In this document: piece by piece, positions 1 to 11,877 of the stretch
Layout: every line of letters begins with the position of its first letter
How positions within the stretch are numbered: the first letter of the stretch is position 1
Assembly: GCA_030390025.1 (NCBI GenBank)
Contig: CM059438.1
Coordinates: 79,918,001 to 79,982,000, forward strand
Origin: Squalus acanthias
Taxonomy: Eukaryota
Direction: 5' to 3'
Length of the DNA stretch: 64,000 nucleotides
The notes under the pieces: model-generated
The model's input: only the letters and a program-made list of their open reading frames with translations
What the model was told of the DNA's origin: nothing
Database searches by the model: none
Made by a program: the position numbers and the translations under genes

Positions 1-37
1 CATCTTTATCTCGTAAACTTTGCAATGATAACAGTAC

Positions 38-87
38 CTGTCCACATAGAAAGGGAAACAAAACTTGGTCAATGTCTGCAGAACTTC
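38..87 (-). CDS. dennd1a: DENN domain-containing protein 1A (connecdenn-1), 50-bp coding exon in the uDENN region, probably exon 4
   Basis: Minus strand reads ttttctctccacAG|GAAGTTCTGCAGACATTGACCAAGTTTTGTTTCCCTTTCTATGTGGACAG|GTactg, with a polypyrimidine acceptor and GT donor. It translates to EVLQTLTKFCFPFYVD, which I recognise as the DENND1A N-terminal sequence. Confidence 0.95.
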
Positions 88-3000
88 CTGTGGAGAGAAA
101 ACAGAGAATTTATGCATCTTATGGGGCCAATAAATATAATATTAACTGCACCATACAATTACACCTTCCTCTCTCCCACCCCCCGCCCTCACTCGCTCCA
201 TGACAAAATGGGAGACAGATGAAGAAGTAGGGCACTTATCAATTATAGAAAGAAACAGTGAGCAGTCAATCACTTGCAATAATAAACAATATCAAACTTC
301 ATTAAATATGGAAAAAATGATCAAGATTCACACATGAACAGGCTGCAGGGGCTACCTCACGTAACCTCCTAGGGGATTGGAGGTTGGGATGCTGAGTGTT
401 AACACCCCTCCTGGGACTCTCTTCAGCCTGACCATATGGATCATACTAAATAACACCAAACCACATGGGCTTATCTTGGCCCAGACTGCCACTGCTGCCA
501 GAGCTTTGGCTGTTACCTAGAAACAGGGGCTGATGGGATTAGAAAACCAATGGTAGAGTATGACAAAAGAGAAGACCACAAAAAGCAGCATCTCTTTTCT
601 CCAGTCTGTCAGTTTTTTAAGCAATACAAAATGGTAGGCACGTGAAATACTTCACTGTTTTTCATCACAAACGATGGTTTTAAAAAAGTATGGTTTGATT
701 TTTAAATTACATGCTACCTGACAGCTGCAACATTAGATTATTAAAAGTTTAATACATATATAGTTTTTTTTTAAGTCTTGAGGTCAAGTTTCAAGCGCCT
801 ACCACTGGGACAATGCAATCAATAAAAATGCTGTGGAGCACATTACCTGTGTAAGCAATGAGGGGGCAGAAAGGACAGGGGTAGTTTGGAAAAAAAACAT
901 CTGTTCAGATAAGGGATCCTATAACTGAAAATCCAATTTAAAAAGCAAACTCAAACCTCAAATAAGAGAGATTGCTAATCTCTGTCTTTTTCCACTTTTG
1001 TAAAAATATGTACATTAGACTATATTAAATTCAATATATTTGTATAACATTTAAACCAACATTATTAGGACTTTTAGAAAATTATAAATTTAGGTTACTT
1101 GAAATCTTTTTCTTCATACCTGCAATCTTTTTATCCTTTATTTACACCAGGTTAAACACATTTCCTACTATGCTTTAGTACTTGGCAGCACATCAGAAAT
1201 CAAATAAAACCGCTTTAAAAATACATTTAACTATCGAACAGTTTGATAGTATCAATTCCTTTTTAAAACTGTTTTCTTCCTTTAAAAAATCTATTTACCT
1301 TCGGGTGAGGTAAAAAAAAAAAATGTTTTAATCCTCATTATAGCAAGATGACATTTGTGCGTTTGCAGCTTACAGACCATGTAGTTTACTCTACACAAAC
1401 AATTTTCATAAAATGGTTTGTAATGTTAATTACATCTTCACTTTATATTCATACATTTTACATGTGGATGAGAAATAGCTAATTAAATTTTCCTGTGGTC
1501 CCAGCGAACCAGTTCAAGCTGTGGCTGGATTGCCTAAAGCCAATTTGAACCTTCCTGATAAATTAAACATTACTTTGCACACGTAGCAGTTCTCTTACCA
1601 GTGCTCTTGAATGCTGAACACTATAAATTTCTGGCAGTAACTTCGGCTTAAACAGTCCGTGCACTTAGTTGTGCAGTCATCGCAAATCACGTAAAAAATA
1701 TTTTATTCCTTCAACAGGTTTTCCTGCACAAATGTTTGTTCTAAATCATACAATGTGATGCTGCTGTAACTATAGCTGTAATCAAGTGACAGCAAAGAAT
1801 CAGTCTTGTGATCCATTACCCCCTTTACCCGGTCAACCACATGTTGTAACAGACCAGCCATCTACAAGCTACCCTTGGTACCTTAATATAAACTCTCTGA
1901 ATTCTGAACTATGAATTGCTTCTGCCGCAAAAGTAACGCCACCTCATCGGGTCCCATGCCAGAACCACTTCAGAGGCAGTGCAAAGTAACTGATACAGGA
2001 TTGCAAGCTGTATCCCACCAGACACCAGTTCGCCCTTCTCCCACCTTCCAAAAAGTCTCGCACTCTTCATTGATTGTATTCACCCATATCTTTTTACAAT
2101 CATCAGTTCCAATGCACTAACAAAACATTGAGGGCATTCGTTCAGCACACAAGAATTGTTTAATGCCTCATAAGCTCAGATTTCTAAGTTTATCAATTAG
2201 TTTTCAATACTCTTATGAGATACCATCCACTTTACCCTGCATACTTTGCAAAGGATAAGGTAGCACTGAATGTTTAAGCGCTGTTAAAAAGGATTTTAAG
2301 ATACTGGATTGTTGTTCACAGAAACTATATTATAGAGGAAACTTGCATTCAAAAAAAAAGTATGCACATAACCCAATTTTGTAGAAAATTAAAATGATTA
2401 AATTATATTATACTTTATAAATATCATAGTGTATATACCACCAGACAATGTTTTAAACAATAAAATCTGGGCTGGGCTAGATCCTGTGCCGACTGACTAT
2501 GAATTGGGCAGAAATCTAGTCCATTTAATTAAATGCATTCAAATAGTTTTCTAGTTAAAATCAGCATGGTCTTCTTGTGCACACTAAATTTGAAAAGCAG
2601 ATCAAGTGAATGCATGCAGGCTAAATGTCAAAATGCAAACTAGAGAAGATGCAAGTTGCATTTTACCTAAGTAACTTACTCATGACAAAAGAAAATTATG
2701 AATCAACCAAGCCTGGTGAGGTTTGAACACACAAAGACAAACAAATGAACAGAGCAGTTAACAATGTATCTGTACTATATGTTATGAAGTATTGTATATT
2801 TAAAACCAGCATTACTTTGATATAGAAAATTGCAGCAAAATTACTGCAATAAATCACGTTAAATATAGTAGTAGCTAAACTATATGTACATTTTTAAGGA
2901 TTCTAAGACTACACTTTTTCTGAAAATCCTATTGTTTCTCATTTCAACAATCATTTATTTTGTGATTTGGTTTCTGGCTTGTTATTTTGAACAGGAAACT

Positions 3001-4318
3001 GGTATGTACCAAGCAGTCACATTTGCAAAGAGTAGGGCATGATCCATGTCTCTTGTGGGATTCAAAGCAGCCATGTCACTGCTGGCTTTAGGACATGCAC
3101 CACCTGTCTCCATTCCCCCAGGTTCCACTCTTTTCATTATCAAACTACTGCTGACATTATAAGCTTCACATGCACTGTCTAAAATCCTCACCGATCAATA
3201 TTTCCAACCATACACATATTGATGACTACAGCTCATCGATTAAGCTAGCTTCAATTGCAAAGTTTTGAGCAAAAATACTTAAAGATGCTGACTTCAAACA
3301 AAATGCTGCTGTGCAAAATGTTCGATTGGTCATGAATTTATTCTTCTCGTTCATATTAATAAAGATTCAGAAATCAAGAATCAATGTACATTTCTGGACA
3401 AGTTTTTAGTTGTCCTCTGACTAGCAGACCTATATAAGCTGGATGTAAATGTTTATTTTTAAACATATACTATCCTCTCTCCAGGCCCAGACCTTCACAG
3501 CAACAAGAATGTACCTCCAGTTGCTCAAAGGTGAGATTAAGAAATTTTCAATAAAAGAGTTTCTCTATCATGGTCAGAATTATCATTCTATTCATTTCTT
3601 TCAATTTTTTTCATCAAACAACTTAAGGGAGCTCTACTTTGCAACTGAAATCCCCCCAGGTTAATGACTGGATTTCGATTTGTGTTAATTGAACCCCTTT
3701 GAACTATTCAGCTCAGTAACACCTCAAGCCAGTTCTTCTGATTAGGTCATCAGCATTCACTATTTAAAACAGAAGTACAGAAAGAGGAAAAACAATTTTA
3801 ATCATAATTTTCTAACGGATTTTGTTTCAAAGGATTGCTGGTGGTGGCAGTCACTCGTTACTTAGCCTCCCAAGCTCAATTTTGAAAATGCCCCATTCAG
3901 AATCAACCAGTTACAGTTCAGAATTATCAAAAATTTTAAAACCTATGTGCTTTTTCAGTTTATTTCTGTCTGTTTAAAAAGTGAGGATCAGTGACAACAT
4001 TGGGAAACTGCCTCCAAGGCATACTGAGAGCCCAAGATTATTAGAGATAAATGCAGATCCTTCATTGAGAGCATTTTTATGTTTAGTAGTATTTGATGCT
4101 CAGTTAGCCATGATTTTTTTAATGAGTATTATATTTAAGTCAATCAAATGCAAATGTAACAGATTCTTGGCACGATGAACTCAATTTTGATTTGTTTTCC
4201 TGTACGTGCAAATGTATGGTAGACACGAAGCTTATAATTATAGAAGTAAATCCACTCAAATCCACACAATTCTGTTTATATTGTGTGTTTTTTGTTTAAA
4301 AAAAGAGGGCAAGATTCA

Positions 4319-4408
4319 AAGAATCATAGAATGTTACAGCACAGAAGGTGACCATTCGGTCCATTTTGCCTATGCCGGCTCTTTGAAAGAGCTATCCAAT
4401 TAGTCCCA
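4319..4408 (-). mobile_element. 3' tail fragment of a CR1-type LINE or a SINE sharing that tail
   Basis: agaatcatagaatgttacagcacagaagg...ccattcgg is the reverse complement of a CR1-like 3' end with a short terminal repeat. Confidence 0.6.
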
Positions 4409-4774
4409 ATCAAATACACCCATGAGCAAACCCTGCCTCACACAATTTTTCCTTCACTTTCTTTAAAAAATATTTAAGCTTCCATTCCACACAGACCTCC
4501 TTCACTGCTTCGCAAAGCCTCTTCAACCTCATTACTACCGGAATGGTTTCCCCACCCAACAATTTTTTATTTGCACTGCCAATTTTATTTAGCTGTGTAT
4601 TTGCACAGCAAGCCTTCTTCAGTCCTCTGGCATAATTTTTCCTGTCCACAAAGTTCCAGTTATAACTTGTGCGGTGGTGGATAAAAATGATGGGACAATA
4701 ATTTCTGGGCCCAAATTTAACTGAAAATTAACCTGTTTGTTTAGTTTGCTTTTTTAATTTGCTCTATAAATGGT

Positions 4775-5012
4775 CCTTGGTAGATGTCAAAGATCCCATG
4801 GCAATAACAGCAGGGGAGTTCTCCATGCCATGACCAACATTTATCCCTCAATCAACATCATTTATCTCACTGCTGTTTGTGGGACCCTACTGTGTGCAAA
4901 TTGACTGCCATGCCTGCCTACAAAACAACAGAGACTGCACTTCAACAGTAATTCCTTGGCTGGAAAGCGCTTGAGCATGTGAAAGGTGCAATACAAAAAT
5001 GCACACTCTTTC
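4775..5012 (+). mobile_element. Decayed Deu-type SINE (SacSINE1/AmnSINE1-like), 3' half
   Basis: aaagatcccatggca...atttatccctcaatcaacatca...ctgtgtgcaaattgactgcc...gtgaaaggtgc aligns by eye with the reverse complement of the 31996-32423 copy. Confidence 0.7.
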
Positions 5013-5612
5013 TTTGAGTATTACCAATCCAAAGAACATAACTTTCCTTTCTTTAGTATGGTTATCCTCAATAGGGCACCCCATTAGAATATTTTTCTGG
5101 AGGTTCATTGGCTGATGCCAATAACTTAGGCTCCTTAAAAATGTGAAAAAAAAAACTGAGCTGGTTAGTTTAAATAATAGCATATTTCATATTTCTATAC
5201 AGAAGTGACATTTGAGCCTTGGAAATCTGGCCCATGGTCAGACAATTCAATTCCATTTGCAATTATATTTATTATTCATTGAGTTTGTCCTGTTTGAATT
5301 TTGGGAAAATTGTCTGGAAGTTTGGAAAGGCCATTTGTTAGCACTGTTGTCTCATTGGTGAGTAAATCCTACATCAGAACAAAATGGCTGATTGAGATAT
5401 ATGCAAACTAACAGGAACTTTATATGTGACCCAGGCTCCATGGTGTACACCCAAGCAACCTACAAAGAGAGAGAGAGTTTAGCCACTTCTGCTCCAATGT
5501 CAATCTAATCAAAACTACTCCTGTTCTGAGGCTGGTGACTTTCCAAATTTTAACAAGGAGGCCTGACACAAGGGGCGAAGCATCTTTGCTTGCGGTAAAA
5601 TAAACTGACAAT

Positions 5613-6181
5613 GGCCTCAATATTAACGCTCGCCCATGACGAGCGGGAGAGGGTGGATGGTAAAAATGAAAAACGGGTAATGCGACCCCAACCTGCCGCT
5701 CTTTTCACGGCAGCGGGTTTTGTGGCGTGCAACTGTCCTGTCAAGGAGAGGCGGGACACTTCATTAACATATTTAAATCAGGCTCTAAGTGCACTTGAAA
5801 TCCTGATTTAACAGTTGCTGTTACTAACAGGGCTCGGGAAACCCGGCAATGAAAGGAAGACAAGAGCAGCCAGCTCAAGAAGGTAAGTGCCTTTTACAGC
5901 ACTTCTTGTGGGCCAGGAGGAGCAGGAATGCCTCCCCCCACCCCCCATTCCCTCAAGGAAGCCTTTGGCCTCCGCTCTGCCAATCGCGGCCTCTCTCTTC
6001 CCCCTCGCTGCGATCGCAGACCTTCCCCCGCGCCCCCAAGCACCGATGTCTGGCCTTTCCCCCCCTCCCACAATGGCCCCTCTCTCTCCCCCATCCCTCC
6101 TCCCTCCCGCCCACTCAACATCCCCGACTTTGCCAGATTTTCCCCGCGCTACCCCGCATCCTCCCCACAAATATCAGGGCC
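5613..6181. mobile_element. Non-autonomous PIF/Harbinger-like MITE
   Basis: Imperfect TIRs GGCCTCAATATT / AATATCAGGGCC and a 3-bp duplication AAT (5610-5612, 6182-6184). The GC/CpG-rich interior contrasts with AT-rich flanks. Confidence 0.65.
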
Positions 6182-6661
6182 AATGATTTTGTAAGACACG
6201 GGAGTAAGAATTCACGTGCGGCACCACCATTGCTTCATCATGGTGCTATTTTCATATGGTTTCCCCAGCACTTTGATCTAGGCTATATTCCCAAGATGCA
6301 TGGAGGATGTGGAATGAAGAATCATATTAATGTGAAAAAAAACTGAGGGGGAATCTTAAAACACTTTTTCTATATATATTAAATATTTAATAACCATTGT
6401 ATTTTAATTTGAAAAGCACATGCAAAGAGTGAAATGTAATTCAGAATGTGAAATGCAATGCAAATTTATCAAAATGTTATGCAAATACAAGTTTGTGCAT
6501 CATTTTCAGTTTATAATGAGCATACTAATCTTGCCATTCCTTGCTAGTAACATTTCAATAAATCTATAAAAGGTAAACATTAAATTCACTTTCCGCTGAT
6601 GGATGTACAAGGGAATTTCCCAAACCCAAAACATTTCAGTTCTTCTGGAAAGTTTCATTAA

Positions 6662-8785
6662 ATAAGAACATAAGAAATAGGAGCAGGAGTAGGCCAATCG
6701 GCCCCTCGAGCCTGCTCCGCCATTCAATAAGATCATGGCTGATCTGATCCTAACCGCCAATCTACTATCTACTATCACAGAACTATCTCCTGCATCTAAC
6801 AGAATTGCACACACGAAATAGGAGCAGAATCAGGCTACACGGTCCCTGGGCCCGCTCCACTACCCACAGGGCCATGACCGATCCGAACCTAGACTCATGT
6901 CCAAATTCCTGCCCGCTCCCCGTAACCCTTAATGCCCTTTACTTCTAGGAAACGGTCTATTTCTGTTTTAAATTTATTTAATGATGTAGCTTCTACAGCT
7001 TTTTGTGGCAGCATATTCCATGGACCTACCACCCTCTGAGTGAAGTAGTTCCTCCTCATCTCAGTTTTGAAAGAGCAACCCCTTATTCTAAGACTATGTC
7101 CCCTAGTTCTAGTCTCACCCGTCATCGGGAACATCCTCCCCGCATCCACCCGATCCAACCCCTTCACAATCTTATATGTTTCAATAAGATCGCCTCTCAT
7201 TCTTTTGAACTCCAATGAGTAGAGTCCCAATCTACCCAACCTCTCCTCATATGACCACCCCCTCATCCCCGGGATTAACCGAGTGAACCTTTTTTGCACT
7301 GCCTCGAGAGCAAGGATGTCTTTCCTTAAGTAAGGACACCAAAACTGTATGCAGTATTCCAGGTGCGGTCTCACCAATACCTTGTACAACTGAAGCAATA
7401 CCTCCCTATTTTTATATTCTATCCCCCTAGCAATGAAAGCCAACATTCCATTTGCCTTCTTAATCACTTGCTGCAACTGCATACTAACCTTTTGAGTTTC
7501 GTGCACCAGGACCCCCAGATCCCTTTGCACGTCAGTACTCTCCAGTTTCTTGCCATTAAGATAATAAATTGCTCTAGGATTTTTCCTGCCAAAGTGCATC
7601 ACCTCACACTTTCCAGTGTTGTATTCCATCTGCCAAATCTCTGCCCACTTACTTAGCCTGTCTATGTCCCCTTGCAGGTTTTTTATGTCCTCCTCACTCA
7701 CTACTTTCCCTCCCATCTTTGTATCATCTGCAAATTTTGATATGTTACACTTGGTCCCTTCCTCCAAATCGTTAATATAGATTGTAAAGAGTTGGGGACC
7801 CAGCACTGACCCCTGTGGAACACCACTAGTTACTGATTGCCAGTCTGAGAATGAACCATTTATCCCAACTCTTTGCTTTCTGTTAGATAGCCAATCCTCT
7901 ATCCATGCCAGAATATTACCCCCAATCCCGTGATTTTTTACCTTAAGCAATAATCTTTTGTGTGGCACGTTGTCAAATGCCTTTTGGAAGTCTAAATACA
8001 CTACGTCCACTGGTTCCCCTTTATCCACTCTATATGTTACTTCCTCAAAGAACTCCAGCAAATTTGTCAAACATGACTTCCCCTTCGTAAAACCATGCTG
8101 ACTTTGTCCTATTAAATTATGATTATCCAAATGTCCTGTTACTGTTTCCTTAATAATGGACTCCAAAATTTTACCTACCACAGATGTTAGGCTAACCGGT
8201 CTATAGTTACCAGCCTTCTGTCTACTGCCCTTTTTAAATAAGGGTGTTACATTAGCAGTTTTCCAGTCTGCCGGGACCTTAGCGGAATCCAGGGAGTTTT
8301 GAAAAATTACCAATGCATCTACAATCCCTACCGCCACTTCCTTCAAGACTCTAGGATGTAAGCCATCAGGTCCAGGTGATTTATCCGCCTTGAGTCCCAT
8401 TATTTTACCGAGTACCACTTCCTTAGTGATTTTGATCGTGTTTAGCTCCTCTCCCCCTATAGCCCCCTGTTTGTCCAGTGTTGGGATATTCTTAGTGTCC
8501 TCTACTGTAAAGACTGATACAAAATATTCATTCAGTGTTTTTGCCATCTCCATATTTCCCACCATTAATTTCCCGGTCTCATCCTCTAAGGGACCAACAT
8601 TTACTTTAGCCACCCTTTTTCTTTTTATATAACTATAAAAACTCTTACTATCTGTTTTTATATTTTTTGCTAATTTACTTTCATAATCTATCTTCCCTTT
8701 CTTAAATCAATCTTTTTGTTATTTTTTGCTGCCTTTTAAAGTTTTCCCAATCCTCTGTCCTCCCACTAGATTTCGCTACCTTATA
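6662..8785 (-). mobile_element. 5'-truncated young CR1 (L3) LINE
   Basis: Contains the ORF2 RT region and a 3' UTR ending ...ctcctgctcctatttcttatgttcttat on the minus strand. Homology stops near 8785. Confidence 0.93.
6895..8613 (-). CDS. CR1 ORF2 reverse transcriptase plus C-terminal domain (572 aa open; endonuclease lost by truncation)
   Basis: Motifs KSPGPDGLHPRVLKE, NYRPVSLTSVVGK, YLDFQKAFD, GVPQGSVLGP, KFADDTK, LVRPHLEY and RGDLIETYK. Confidence 0.92.
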   Translation of the reverse strand: MAKVNVGPLEDETGKLMVGNMEMAKTLNEYFVSVFTVEDTKNIPTLDKQGAIGGEELNTIKITKEVVLGKIMGLKADKSPGPDGLHPRVLKEVAVGIVDALVIFQNSLDSAKVPADWKTANVTPLFKKGSRQKAGNYRPVSLTSVVGKILESIIKETVTGHLDNHNLIGQSQHGFTKGKSCLTNLLEFFEEVTYRVDKGEPVDVVYLDFQKAFDNVPHKRLLLKVKNHGIGGNILAWIEDWLSNRKQRVGINGSFSDWQSVTSGVPQGSVLGPQLFTIYINDLEEGTKCNISKFADDTKMGGKVVSEEDIKNLQGDIDRLSKWAEIWQMEYNTGKCEVMHFGRKNPRAIYYLNGKKLESTDVQRDLGVLVHETQKVSMQLQQVIKKANGMLAFIARGIEYKNREVLLQLYKVLVRPHLEYCIQFWCPYLRKDILALEAVQKRFTRLIPGMRGWSYEERLGRLGLYSLEFKRMRGDLIETYKIVKGLDRVDAGRMFPMTGETRTRGHSLRIRGCSFKTEMRRNYFTQRVVGPWNMLPQKAVEATSLNKFKTEIDRFLEVKGIKGYGERAGIWT

Positions 8786-10671
8786 TGTAGGCTTGGGACA
8801 AATCTCCCAACCTTTAAAAATTGGAGACAACACCAGCATATAAGGTTGACATTTTCTGGAACATTCTGTGCACACTGACGTCAGTATTTTGTGCGAATCC
8901 AAACCCTATCTGCACTGAATTATGCTCCAGCATCATAAGCCCCAAGTGCAACAACTCCTCGAGACTAATTGACGAACTAGCTCAATCTGAGACTCCCTCA
9001 TCCCAATGTCATTGCCAAAGCATTTAAGCATCCAAATAATTAGCCTATTAACCTTTGGACATCACTGATGATCACTCATCTCATTTCTATTTAAAAACCG
9101 AGCAATCCACTCACACAGACATACCCCATCAGGCCCCACTGAAAAATGTTAACCAATTGGAAACCTATAAGTTTGCACAAGATTTTGCTTTTTCTCCCCA
9201 TTACCCTCACTCCTTGTGCCACTTTAATATTCCAAAGTTGACTGGCACAATTTACTGCTAAGCAAATAAAAGCAGTAATCAAAGATAATTGAAGAAAATT
9301 GGTGGACTCCGATATGACATGCAGAGTTTTGGCACATGTACAAATGTGTCTATGCCCATTTTCAAGGAAACCAACGAGCCGGTAAGTGCAATTGTAGTTT
9401 ATTTCTAGTTACTTTAAATGGCTTCTGCAAGAAAAATGACCAGTTATTTCAATTAATATATTTTAGTAGGAAGATGGGTATTCTATTGCTTGTTCAACTG
9501 AGCTAAGTCTTTTTCCAAGGGAAAACACATGGTACAATGCAGCATTCAAACTATTAAGGCAGCGTCTATAAAGGCTGATGTAAATGAATTCCACAGTTGA
9601 ACCCAAGACAAAATCACCAATGAAACTTATTGAGAATCCAACAACATTTTTTCTATTGCCAGTTCCCAACATACTCATCTTAATAATGAATTTCCTGCCT
9701 TGAGATAAAGTCACCAATTGCCCCATGTGCGGGTAAAATCTGTTGAAACATACAGGGGTTACTTTGGGTATGTGTATACTTCAGTTAATGAATGAGCAGA
9801 TAAAGGGGAAGAAATGATCAATTCCGCCCTCCCCACCCCACACACAGTCATAAGTAAAACTTATGAATAATTCAACGGTGTCACATTGTTGCATTGTCTG
9901 AAGGTGTATGTCTTTATATGTAAAAATATATAATACAGTGGTTACCCTTTCACAAGTGCAATTTAAACTCATTAATCAACAAAATAAACACAGTTCAGCT
10001 GAAAAAGTAGAACTGTTCTCCCAACCAAAAGGATACAAGTTGAAATAATTGTTCTTTTTTCTTGCGCCGGGTAAAATAAATTACAATTGTATTTAAAATA
10101 TTTATATGAGGAAATAACTGTAGAAGTGCTTCTCCTCGCCATCCTCTCGAGATCAGGCTCAGCTGTGATATGCCCCTCCTGCCATTCAACAGTCTGCTGA
10201 TACCCACAGTCTAAAAATGGCCATTTAGCAAAGTACCAGGAAACTACTTACACCTATAGAACAATACCAAGATGACTCAAAGCCCCAGGAGAAGCAGGGA
10301 GAAAAGTTTCAATAAAAGAGAGATCACAGGAAATGATTTCTCTACATAAGATCCTTTAGTGAAATAGCATTGTATTCTTACTCGTGAGCAATAAACATGA
10401 GTGCTCCGTACCTGAATAATCCAGAATCATTAAAACTACTTTTGAGTCTTTTGCAGCTGTATCGTTCTCCGGTGCATCAACATCTAGAACCCTGCAGCGA
10501 TTACCCCATCTGTTAGTTCACAATAGTGTTCCACACCTACAGGTCTACCCTGGTTATGGGTTTTAAAATGCTGTTTTGCTAATCTTTTGGCAGCTAAGTG
10601 GATTAGTATTGGGTTTTTGCTGGAACTTTGGTGCTCAGAAATAAATTAAACAGAAAATGAATGTCCAGATA

Positions 10672-11170
10672 CTTGATCTGAGAGAAGGTTCACTAGACTG
10701 ATTCCTGGGATGAGAGGGTTTTCGTATGAGGAGAGATTGTGTAGATTGGGCCAATACTCTCTGGAGTTTAGAAGAATGAGAGGTGATCTCATTGAAACAT
10801 AAGATTCTAAGGGGGATCGACAGGGTAGATGCTGAGAGATTGTTTCCCCTGGATGGAGAGTCTAGAACTAGGGGGCATAGTCTCAGGATAAGGGTCGGCC
10901 TTTTAAGACTGAGATCAGGAGGAATTTCTTCACTCAGAGGGTTGTAAATCTTTGGAATTCTCTGCCCCAAAGGGCTGTGAATGCTCAGTTGTTGAATATA
11001 TTCAAGGCCGAGATAGATAGATTTTTTGGACTCTAGTGGAATCAAGGGATATGGGGATCTGGTGGGAAAGTGGAGTTGAGGTGGAAGATCAGCCATGATC
11101 TGATTGAATGGCAGAGCAGGCTCGAGGGGCCGTATGGCCTACTCCTGCTCCTAATTCTTATGTTCTTATG
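10672..11170 (+). mobile_element. CR1 LINE 3' fragment nested in the DIRS fossil
   Basis: Encodes RRFTRLIPGMRG.SYEERL...RMRGDLIET and ends in the tail ctcctgctcctaattcttatgttcttatg. Confidence 0.9.
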
Positions 11171-11642
11171 TAGGAGTGGATTCCTAATAAAAGGATTCTG
11201 GAAGGTACCAACTCAGATCCACCAAGGGGCTGAGGTAAGTAAATAGCTCTATTGCCAGGAGTACTTTGTTGCTTTCTTTACAAGTGTTTCCATATGTGTC
11301 AGTCACCTCGGTAGGAGCAAACACTGAGATAACCATCAGCAGTTATCACAGACATACACTTAAAGAGCTTGTGTACTGCGACTAGATCGAAGAACAACAC
11401 CTTGCAGTAGTGCTCGCCCATCACCTTGAAAGACAGAAATTTTGCGTGGTACTCCCTGGTGGTTAAAACGAGAGGCGCATTGTTTAAATCTTTGGCAGTC
11501 ATCAAGTCCCCTGGGATATTACCTGACTGATTACAGCAGCCTGTTTTTAGCTGCTCATTTCTGAGGCACTTGTTCAGTTTTCTCTGATCCAGGGTGGGTA
11601 TGAATAACCTTTTTTGGGGAGAACAAAGTAGCAAGAGTTAAA

Positions 11643-11877
11643 TAAAAACAGAAAATGCTGGAAATACTCAGCAGGTCAGGCAGCATCTGTGGAGAGAGAA
11701 AGAGAGTTAACGTTTCAGGTCGATGACCTTTCGTCAGGGTTCTGATGAAAGGTCATCGAACTGAAACATTAACTGTTTTTCTCCCTCCACTGATGCTGCC
11801 TGACCTGCTGAGTATTTCCAGCATTTTCTGTTTTTATTTCAGATTTCCAACATCCGCAGTATTTTGCTTTTGTATTC
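11643..11877 (+). mobile_element. Non-autonomous Penelope-like element (inverted pseudo-LTR hairpin)
   Basis: ~95-bp inverted arms centred near 11739, a unique ~40-bp tail, and a 12-bp TSD GCAAGAGTTAAA (11631-11642, 11878-11889). Both arms contain a hammerhead core. Confidence 0.8.
11737..11775 (+). ncRNA. Minimal type I hammerhead ribozyme motif, slightly decayed
   Basis: GGGUU CUGAUGA A AGGUC AUC GAACU GAA ACAU U AACUG. The core is intact, stem II has one mismatch, and the palindrome ACGU has changed to ACAU. Confidence 0.6.

Noticed and set aside
5808-6346. Overlapping Pro-rich and Gly-rich ORFs on both strands
   Set aside because: They arise from the C-rich low-complexity interior of a TIR-bounded MITE and show no domain motifs.
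11643-11877. Pre-miRNA or DNA-transposon MITE
   Set aside because: Multiple dispersed copies, 12-15-bp TSDs, single-arm variants and hammerhead cores fit Penelope-type retro-elements better.
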